IMG/VR virus record: IMGVR_UViG_3300046820_001085
Coordinates: 1-57,048 of that record
Direction: 5' to 3' (one strand)
Length of the DNA stretch: 57,048 nucleotides
From: a virus
Lineage: Duplodnaviria; Caudoviricetes
The translations under genes were made by a program, and so were the position numbers. Shown here in pieces: positions 26,094-33,615 of this stretch (positions are counted from its first letter, which is position 1; each line of letters begins with the position of its first letter). The notes under the pieces are model-generated. The model had not been told where the DNA came from, searched no databases, and worked only from the letters and a program-made list of their open reading frames with translations.

Positions 26094-27584
26094 ATGAATT
26101 ACTTCAAGTTTGAAAACGCGGCAACTAAAAAAATCCTTAACGGAACAGAGGTACATCCTGATGACACACCACTTGGCGATGGTTATCCTTACTTCAAGTT
26201 TGCGTATGAAGTAAAGTTCATAACCAGTGGAGGCGAGTATGGATTTGACACAACACCTGTGTTCTTAGCAAAAACATGCGAGCTTCCACGTTGGACTGCT
26301 GACACACAAGTAGTTAACGTATACAATCACAAAACATTGGTGCAAACTAAACTTACATTTGAACCAATTACAATGACCTTGTATGACCAGACTAACGATG
26401 CTGGTGATAAAATGATCTGGGCATGGGTACAAGAACAATTTGATTCAACTAATGGCAGTAAAGCCGCAAAGTTTAAACCATTTGAAGTTGAAATTAAGAT
26501 GAAAAATTTAAGTGCGCCAGGAGCAGGAGATAAAGTATACAAGTTGAAAAATGCATTTATTGTCGATGCCCAACACGATACACTAGATTACGCATCCAGC
26601 GAACCAGTTATGTGGTCACTTACAATACGTTACGAAGATTTAGAAGCGCCAGGCTTTACTGGACCAACACCAACTGCACCTGCACATATTAAGCCGTTGC
26701 CTAAACCACCAGCACCAGTCAAGCCAGCAGGCGGTAAGAAAACTCAAACTAGTACCTTTACACCAATTACAAAGCCTCCTAAGAAAGATGCAGTTAAAGC
26801 ACAAGAAGCTCCGGCTGAACAGCCAATGTACACTGACCCGATGGGTACAACAGATGGCGCCGCAATTATGAGTGTAGCTGGCACAGCACCTAGGAAAGAA
26901 ATATCTTGGCCAAGTTGGGTTCCTTTCCTTGGAAGGAAAAGTACAAATGGTAATATAACAAATAACACAGATGGCACGGTAAGGCCTGAAACATCTGCGC
27001 CTGTTTATAATAGCAATACTGGCACAGACAAAACAACATCCCCGACTAGACCGCCAGTTAGTCCAGCTACGGCAGATTTTATCTCTCGCCGAGAAAAAGA
27101 AATAAGCCAAGATGGTGGACTAAACCCTGAATATAAAAAAGCTTACATTGAAGCTCTTAAGAAAAATCCTCCTCTAACAAGTTCGGCTCAATCACAAGCT
27201 AGTGCGGATCAGCGAGCTCGGTTGATTGCTTTACAAACTGCTCCGCAGTATAAGAGTCAAACTAGAACAGTTGACAACGGAGTAATAGTAGATAAGTTAA
27301 ATGCAAACAATAGAGAACCATATGCACCGCCAGCCAGGGTAGGAAATACAAATACGAATGCCAATGTTAACGATAAGAAAGGCGATGCTATTGTTAATAG
27401 ACAAACGACACTTGAAAACAATGTTAGATCTGCTCAAAGCGTTAACGATCAAAATGCCGCACGTCAAGCATACTCGCAAGGCAAGTTAACACCATCACAG
27501 GTAGCCGAATACCAAAAAACTGGTAAGGTAACAGGCATCAAAGGTGCACCTGGCCATGACGCAAAAGATAAATCGGACTTCTAA
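26094..27584 (+). CDS. Tail tube-like protein (gp54/gp48/gp19 family) with a long low-complexity C-terminal extension
   Basis: The first about 185 aa are tube-like (KTCELP, FEPITMTLYD, HDTLDYASSEP, TIRYE), followed by a Pro/Thr/Asn-rich tail. Confidence 0.65.
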   Translation: MNYFKFENAATKKILNGTEVHPDDTPLGDGYPYFKFAYEVKFITSGGEYGFDTTPVFLAKTCELPRWTADTQVVNVYNHKTLVQTKLTFEPITMTLYDQTNDAGDKMIWAWVQEQFDSTNGSKAAKFKPFEVEIKMKNLSAPGAGDKVYKLKNAFIVDAQHDTLDYASSEPVMWSLTIRYEDLEAPGFTGPTPTAPAHIKPLPKPPAPVKPAGGKKTQTSTFTPITKPPKKDAVKAQEAPAEQPMYTDPMGTTDGAAIMSVAGTAPRKEISWPSWVPFLGRKSTNGNITNNTDGTVRPETSAPVYNSNTGTDKTTSPTRPPVSPATADFISRREKEISQDGGLNPEYKKAYIEALKKNPPLTSSAQSQASADQRARLIALQTAPQYKSQTRTVDNGVIVDKLNANNREPYAPPARVGNTNTNANVNDKKGDAIVNRQTTLENNVRSAQSVNDQNAARQAYSQGKLTPSQVAEYQKTGKVTGIKGAPGHDAKDKSDF

Positions 27585-27874
27585 TGATAACATATAAAGT
27601 AATACCACAAGTAGATTTTGATAAAGCAGTACAACGAGTACTATCTCTTGGACTGTCTAGAACACCAGCTGAAAATATAGTGTTAGCATTTTGGAAAGCT
27701 AGTCAAGACTTAAACTTAGATTTTAGATCGCTAATGGATGCATCAACTGAAAACGGAACTTTAGATGTTAGCCAAGACATTCTTGACAGATTAAATCTAA
27801 ACTTACCCGACACAATTAGATACTACAAAAATGTTCCTAAACCAGTATTACAGTTAGCCGCTAGGGAGTTTTAA
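27584..27874 (+). CDS. Hypothetical protein
   Basis: 96-aa ORF coupled on both sides by TAATG overlaps. Confidence 0.7.
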   Translation: MITYKVIPQVDFDKAVQRVLSLGLSRTPAENIVLAFWKASQDLNLDFRSLMDASTENGTLDVSQDILDRLNLNLPDTIRYYKNVPKPVLQLAAREF

Positions 27875-28323
27875 TGTCTAAGAATTATGCTCAGGGGTTT
27901 TATACTTTACTACACCCTGAAAAATATGTAGGCAAAGGGACTCCAAAATACCGCAGTGGCTGGGAATTGACTTTCATGCGATTCTGCGACAACCACCCCA
28001 GCGTTGTAAATTGGGCAAGTGAAAATGTACGTATACCCTATAGAAATCCTTTTACAGGCAAAGATACATTTTATGTCCCTGACTTCTTTGTAGTATATCA
28101 AAACGCAAGCGGTCGCAAAGCAGAGCTTATTGAAATTAAGCCCAAAGCACAGGCAGTAATGGAACTTGCTCGTAGTCAACAAGAAAAAGCCGCTGTAGCA
28201 CTTAATATGTGCAAATGGGCGGCTGCACGTATTTGGTGCAAGCAAATGGGTGCTACCTTCCGTATATTAACTGAAGAAGATATCTATAATAACACCAATC
28301 CGACTAAGAAACGCCGCAAATAA
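27874..28323 (+). CDS. Head completion nuclease, T4 gp4-like (TnsA-type PD-(D/E)xK)
   Basis: PEKYVG...YRSGWE..FM.FCD, WASE, IPY, YVPDF, IEIKP, KWAAA, FRILTE. Confidence 0.88.
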   Translation: MSKNYAQGFYTLLHPEKYVGKGTPKYRSGWELTFMRFCDNHPSVVNWASENVRIPYRNPFTGKDTFYVPDFFVVYQNASGRKAELIEIKPKAQAVMELARSQQEKAAVALNMCKWAAARIWCKQMGATFRILTEEDIYNNTNPTKKRRK

Positions 28324-28336
28324 TCATAAGTACAGT

Positions 28337-28843
28337 ATGACCAAAAAATTAGAAGAGGTGTTTGGCTTTCCACCGATTGAGGAAGTTAACACCAATCTAG
28401 ACACACAAGAAACTCAAGTGCCTGAAGAAATTCAAGATGAGCTAGATGTTGCTCACGCTACAATTGACATGGCAAACCGTGTTGATATTGCGTTGCCTAC
28501 TGTAACAGATATGGCAACAGCTGAACGTGAGCTTGATAAACTAGCCAATACTGCTCAAGAACAGAGCGAGCGTTTGATGGATTTGGGATTTAACGTTGAC
28601 GATAGAAATGCAGGTAAAATCTTTGAAGTAGCGGCACAATTGCTAAAAACAGCAGTTGATGCAAAAACAGCTAAAATTGATAAAAAGCTCAAAATGGTTG
28701 AACTACAGTTGCGTAAAGCACGTATGGACAAAGAAAAGGGCAATGAAGAGCCTAATGTACTTGATGTAAGCGATCAAGGACTTGTAGGAAACCGCAATGA
28801 TATTGTCAAAGCCATCCTAAACCGTGTGGGTCAGAATAAATAG
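28337..28843 (+). CDS. Putative terminase small subunit (gp16-like)
   Basis: Helical 168 aa with IFEVAAQLLK..VDAK. Sits between gp4 and the large terminase, with TAAGTA 4 nt before the ATG. Confidence 0.55.
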   Translation: MTKKLEEVFGFPPIEEVNTNLDTQETQVPEEIQDELDVAHATIDMANRVDIALPTVTDMATAERELDKLANTAQEQSERLMDLGFNVDDRNAGKIFEVAAQLLKTAVDAKTAKIDKKLKMVELQLRKARMDKEKGNEEPNVLDVSDQGLVGNRNDIVKAILNRVGQNK

Positions 28844-28863
28844 TCTTATGAGAGGATTTAATT

Positions 28864-29490
28864 ATGCCCACACTATTAGAGTATATTAATCAATTACAAA
28901 AGGAGCATCGCTATCGCATCAAGATGGCGTTTGCCCCAAGTGAAAGACAGTTAGAAGTATTAGAGCGTCATATGAAAAAATATGATGCACTAGAAGTTAG
29001 CCGCCCAGAGAAGCTAATGCTACAAGCACAACCAATGGATTTTCCACAATTAGGTGGGCATGAAATTGTTATTGTTGATGTGGTAACACGTTTACCAGTA
29101 AGTATGCCAACATTAGAAACAGAGCTTCGTTCTTTGATGTTTATCAAAGATGGATTAATCAGAGTATTTGGTCGTGACGAACCTGTTGAGCAGGAAATCG
29201 AAGACGACAGCGAGCCAAATCATGAAGCTAAACTAGGCACAGACTACAGCAATGTTGAAGCTAATCCAGTCAAAGCTGAAGATGCAAGTGGCGACAAGTA
29301 TAACCAGAATTTGTTAAAAGAGCTTGATAAGAATCGTGCTGAAACAAAGGCTGGAATTGTTAAATCGTCTGCAAAGTCGGATGCTTCGGCCTGTGCCCCA
29401 ACATGGGAAGGCCCAGCAGATGGCAAAACTAGTCCGGTAAATTCTTCTATCAAGAATGAAATGCCAACAGCTAAAGGAATCAGACGATGA
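28864..29490 (+). CDS. Hypothetical late protein, possibly head-associated
   Basis: 208 aa with a TAAATA box at 28837 and a GAGGA RBS. Confidence 0.7.
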   Translation: MPTLLEYINQLQKEHRYRIKMAFAPSERQLEVLERHMKKYDALEVSRPEKLMLQAQPMDFPQLGGHEIVIVDVVTRLPVSMPTLETELRSLMFIKDGLIRVFGRDEPVEQEIEDDSEPNHEAKLGTDYSNVEANPVKAEDASGDKYNQNLLKELDKNRAETKAGIVKSSAKSDASACAPTWEGPADGKTSPVNSSIKNEMPTAKGIRR

Positions 29491-30419
29491 AAACAAATAA
29501 ACAATTAAACGAAGGCATTCGTATTGCCAAAGAAGGCATAGAAGAATGTTGGGATGACATGGGAGGTCAAACTATGACACAAGGTAATGGCGAACAAATG
29601 TCAGTAACAATTTCTATGCCAGGAAAGAATATTAGTGTTACTACAGATAGTGCCGAAGAAATCGGTAGCATTTTACGTTTAGCAGGTATCAACATTGGTG
29701 GCGGTAGCGTTGCCGGTGATGTTGATGGTGACGGAGATCACGACATAGCAGACCATGCCGCAGAATTATCTGGCGGTGACGAAACAGTAATGTACGTTGG
29801 TGCAGGCAATCCTGAATCAGGTCCAGAAGAAATGTCTGAACCAGAAGAAATGTCTGAACCAGAAGAAGAACCACGTGAAGCAGTGGGAGATACTTCAACC
29901 ACACACAAAGGTGGCACAGTAACACAAACAGCAACAGGCTTAAAGCACCAAGCTGGTTCTGGTAGCTACGGTGGTAGCGATAAAGAAGAAGAAGACAAGC
30001 CTACTTCTATGTACAAGCAAAGTGCAATTCCTGATAAGGAAGTTGAAGAGTCTAAGAAGCCAGATGATGATGGTGACGGTGTTCCAAATTGGGCCGACAA
30101 GCACGAAGGCGAAGATGACCAAGACTTCAAAGAGTCTGCACGTATTCTTCAACTTGCTGGTGTAACTAACGAAGCACAAAGCGCCGCACAAAAGGCCGCA
30201 TTTGCAAAAATGATTGCAAAGAAAAGTGGCAAGTCTGATGATTCCAATGACAGCGGCAGTGATGCATCTGACGATATGGGCAGTGACAAAGACAAAGAAG
30301 TTAAGGAAGAAGCTCCTGCTACTAACTCTGTATTCGGTCAAGGTGTATACGAAGCAATGCGTAACACTGGCGACGACATAGATGACATGGTTGAAGATTA
30401 CCTAGACTATTTAGAATGA
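29487..30419 (+). CDS. Acidic putative internal head protein with LAG motifs (N-terminal part)
   Basis: Low-complexity acidic sequence with ILRLAGI and ILQLAGV motifs, DxDxDG motifs and an 18-bp tandem repeat at 29823-29867. Confidence 0.65.
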   Translation: MKTNKQLNEGIRIAKEGIEECWDDMGGQTMTQGNGEQMSVTISMPGKNISVTTDSAEEIGSILRLAGINIGGGSVAGDVDGDGDHDIADHAAELSGGDETVMYVGAGNPESGPEEMSEPEEMSEPEEEPREAVGDTSTTHKGGTVTQTATGLKHQAGSGSYGGSDKEEEDKPTSMYKQSAIPDKEVEESKKPDDDGDGVPNWADKHEGEDDQDFKESARILQLAGVTNEAQSAAQKAAFAKMIAKKSGKSDDSNDSGSDASDDMGSDKDKEVKEEAPATNSVFGQGVYEAMRNTGDDIDDMVEDYLDYLE

Positions 30420-31141
30420 TGGACAAAAGCCGAGAAGAAGAAAAAGCAGAAATCCTGGCAAGTTTAGAAGCAGGACACTTGCATTCTAGCGAAATTGAGT
30501 ATGCGCTGTCAGGCACCAAGTGGGATCCACTTGCACCGCAAGGCGTAGGCGAAAGCCAAGCAGCTCGTATTATTGCATTGGCTGGCTTAGGTGAAGGCAA
30601 CGCATCTGCACACGACTATGTTGATTACAAAAACGCACGTGGTGAAGAACCACCAGAGCAATTGGTAATGCAACCTGGTGTTGAGTACGACCCTGACACA
30701 GGAATCATTTCAGTTAGAAATGCTACATCATTGGCAAACACGCATCGTTCAATTGAAGCGGCAGGTTGGCAAAAAGTACAAGGTGCGGCTCATCCAAATC
30801 CAGCAGGTGCCGGTAATGCACGTCAAGCAGGTGATACAGCTTATCAACTTGAAGCCGCTGAAGAAATGTCACGTATTGTTGCATTAGCAGGCTTAGACGA
30901 AGCACGTTTAATGAATGCTCCAGATGGCACAAGCATGCCAGAACCAAAAGAGTATACCATTACAAGCAAGCTAGGCAAAGGTGCAGGCCATAAAGACTAC
31001 GGTCAAAACCGTGCAAATGGCCAAGGAGAAAACCCAATGGGTATGCACACAGCAGACATTGACAGCGTTGAAGAAGCGTTTCAATCTGCTATGGGCGAAT
31101 ACCGCAAGTTTGTCGCTGAGAACGTTGCTCGTAAAAAGTAA
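30416..31141 (+). CDS. Putative internal head protein with LAG motifs (possibly a frameshifted continuation of the previous ORF)
   Basis: IIALAGL and IVALAGL motifs. ATGA overlap with no clear RBS. Confidence 0.6.
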   Translation: MMDKSREEEKAEILASLEAGHLHSSEIEYALSGTKWDPLAPQGVGESQAARIIALAGLGEGNASAHDYVDYKNARGEEPPEQLVMQPGVEYDPDTGIISVRNATSLANTHRSIEAAGWQKVQGAAHPNPAGAGNARQAGDTAYQLEAAEEMSRIVALAGLDEARLMNAPDGTSMPEPKEYTITSKLGKGAGHKDYGQNRANGQGENPMGMHTADIDSVEEAFQSAMGEYRKFVAENVARKK

Positions 31142-31153
31142 TAGGAGGCCCTA

Positions 31154-32704
31154 GTGGCTACTGAAAATACTTTTGTAAAGTCACCTTTCAAAGTAGAAAA
31201 GTTCACGGACGATCAAGTCCGTGAGCTTGCCTTATGTGCCCAAGATCCTGTGTACTTTATTGACACATACTGCTGGGTACAGCATCCAACCAAAGGTAAG
31301 GTACCTTTTAAACTATTTGATTACCAACGTGAACTAATTGATTGTTATCATAACAATCGTTATAGCATCAACATGCTGGGACGACAGATGGGCAAGACTG
31401 CATGTGCTGCCGCTTACCTTGTTTGGCGAGCTATGTTTATGTCGGATCAAACAATTCTAATTGCCGCGCACAAGTTTGCCGGTGCACAAGAGATTATGCA
31501 ACGTGTTCGTTATACGTACGAAACATTGCCAACTTTCTTAAAAGCTGGTGCTACTAGTTATAACAAGGGTAGCATTGACTTTGATAATGGTAGTCGTATT
31601 ATTTCAACTACCACAACAGAAACAACTGCTCGTGGTATGTCACTATCGCTAATCTATTGCGATGAGTTTGCATTCGTTAAGCCACGTATTGCTAGTGAGT
31701 TTTGGACTTCTATTTCACCTACATTGTCAACAGGTGGTAAGTGTATTATTACAAGTACTCCTAACCAGGATGATGACCAGTTTGCTCAGATCTGGAAGGA
31801 AGCTACAAAGAACATTGATGCGTTTGGAAACAAACAAGCACTTGGACGTAACGGCTTTGCCAGCATTAAATTTATCTGGAGCGACCACCCCGACCGCGAT
31901 GAAGCTTGGGCACAAGTTGAACGTATTAAGATTGGTGAAGAACGCTTCTTACGCGAACATGAATGTGAATTCATTATTGCAGATGAAACGTTAGTTAACT
32001 CAATGAAGTTGGTAACAATGGAAAGCCGCGAACCTAGTGGCAAGCTTGGACAAGTTAGAATTTTCAAATATCCAGAAAACCAAGGTGCGTATGTTATTGG
32101 CTGGGATCCGAGTTTGGGCACAGGCGGAGACCCTGCGGCTATTCAAGTGTTTAAGCTACCTGAGCTTGAACAAATTGCTGAATGGCAACATAACAAAACT
32201 GACATACAAGGACAGCTTAGAACTCTTGTTGCTATCTTAAAGTGGCTTAAAGATGAAACACATAACTCTGCTGAATTGTACTGGTCAGTGGAAAATAATA
32301 CAATTGGTGAAGCGGCACTTATTAGCATCCGTGAGTTTGGTGAAGAACATATTCCAGGTACGTTTGTACAGGAAGTTAGACGTGCAGGACAAAACAGAGG
32401 TCGCCGTGGATTTAACACAAGTCACAAAACTAAAATCTCTGCGTGTATGCGACTAAAGAACTATGTTGAAAGTGATAAGATGACAATTTACAGTCACAAC
32501 TTATTGCGTGAACTTAAGAACTTTATTGCCCGTGGAGCAAGTTTTGCGGCCAAAGACGGCGAAACAGATGACTTAGTAATGGCAACTATATTAACACTAC
32601 GTATGGTTGAAGTTATTATGACCTGGGATTCTAAAACATATGATAGGCTAATAAATGCCGGCACAGATGACGTTTTAAGACCTATGCCAATCGGCTTCTT
32701 ATAA
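31154..32704 (+). CDS. Terminase large subunit, gp17-like
   Basis: Walker A GRQMGKT, Walker B LIYCDEF, ITSTP, nuclease motifs GWDPS and DDLVMA. GTG start with an AGGAGG RBS. Confidence 0.95.
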   Translation: MATENTFVKSPFKVEKFTDDQVRELALCAQDPVYFIDTYCWVQHPTKGKVPFKLFDYQRELIDCYHNNRYSINMLGRQMGKTACAAAYLVWRAMFMSDQTILIAAHKFAGAQEIMQRVRYTYETLPTFLKAGATSYNKGSIDFDNGSRIISTTTTETTARGMSLSLIYCDEFAFVKPRIASEFWTSISPTLSTGGKCIITSTPNQDDDQFAQIWKEATKNIDAFGNKQALGRNGFASIKFIWSDHPDRDEAWAQVERIKIGEERFLREHECEFIIADETLVNSMKLVTMESREPSGKLGQVRIFKYPENQGAYVIGWDPSLGTGGDPAAIQVFKLPELEQIAEWQHNKTDIQGQLRTLVAILKWLKDETHNSAELYWSVENNTIGEAALISIREFGEEHIPGTFVQEVRRAGQNRGRRGFNTSHKTKISACMRLKNYVESDKMTIYSHNLLRELKNFIARGASFAAKDGETDDLVMATILTLRMVEVIMTWDSKTYDRLINAGTDDVLRPMPIGFL

Positions 32705-32716
32705 CTAAATATAACT

Positions 32717-33568
32717 ATGTCAACAAAAGATGATTTAACCCGCGAAATTGCTGCCGCTGTAGCAGGAGTTAGCCATGATGCTAATTTCAAAGACGAAGAC
32801 GGCAAAAGTACACTTGATCAAAGTAATGCCATTTATCAGTATCTTCCAAAGCAAGGTGTAATGGTAATGGTTAACCACGAAAACACTGATGTTGAAGTTT
32901 GGTTTGATCCAGACAAAACAGACAAAGATTGGTTTGAAGAAAAACTAAAGCCAATGGTACAATCCATTGCCCGCCGTTACTTGTACGGCACAACTGTTCG
33001 TAGCTACGCTGGCGATATTACACCTAAGCAAATGGCTCACAGAACCGATGTACACGAAAGTCGCAACAGTTTAAAGATTAGCTATCATCCGCTAGGTAGC
33101 ACTAAAATTCGTGTGGCACACTCTAAAAGTGTTACAGAAGAAAAGCCAGGCGCACGTAGTCGTAACATTAAGGCCCTGTTCATTGAGAAAGATGGAGAGC
33201 GTTTTCGTTTCCCATATAATCATTTGTTAGGTGCTAGAGTAATGGCACTACATGTTGAAAGTGGTGGCAAGCCCTGGGATGATGCCGGTTCTAAGATTTT
33301 AGAAATCAGTCGCCGCCGCAAAGACATGATGGAACTACTACGCTGGAGCAAGAAAGTTGAAAACAATGTTCAGCTTGATGAAATTCGTAAACGTGGGCAA
33401 GATGAAGTTATTATGCTTCGTCGTATGATGGAACGTGCCGCACGTACAGGTGACCTCTCTGGCGTAGTTGATTATAAACTGCCAGATAAAAATGCTGTTA
33501 CTGAACAGTCTTATGTAAACGAAGCTGTTAGTGAATTAGACGCTACACTAGGTAAGTTACTAGGTTAA
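32717..33568 (+). CDS. Hypothetical late protein
   Basis: 283 aa with TAAATA 5 nt before the ATG, followed by a terminator. Confidence 0.75.
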   Translation: MSTKDDLTREIAAAVAGVSHDANFKDEDGKSTLDQSNAIYQYLPKQGVMVMVNHENTDVEVWFDPDKTDKDWFEEKLKPMVQSIARRYLYGTTVRSYAGDITPKQMAHRTDVHESRNSLKISYHPLGSTKIRVAHSKSVTEEKPGARSRNIKALFIEKDGERFRFPYNHLLGARVMALHVESGGKPWDDAGSKILEISRRRKDMMELLRWSKKVENNVQLDEIRKRGQDEVIMLRRMMERAARTGDLSGVVDYKLPDKNAVTEQSYVNEAVSELDATLGKLLG

Positions 33569-33587
33569 CTCAATTTAACTTCCAAAG

Positions 33588-33612
33588 AAAAAGCCCCTTG
33601 CGGGGCTTTTTT
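33588..33612. terminator. Bidirectional intrinsic terminator
   Basis: AAAAAGCCCC-TTGC-GGGGCTTTTT between convergent genes. Confidence 0.9.
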
Positions 33613-33615
33613 GTT

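Noticed and set aside
27874-28323. TnsA-like nuclease as a Tn7 transposon
   Set aside because: It matches the T4 gp4 head-completion family in a packaging context, and there are no other transposition genes or terminal repeats.
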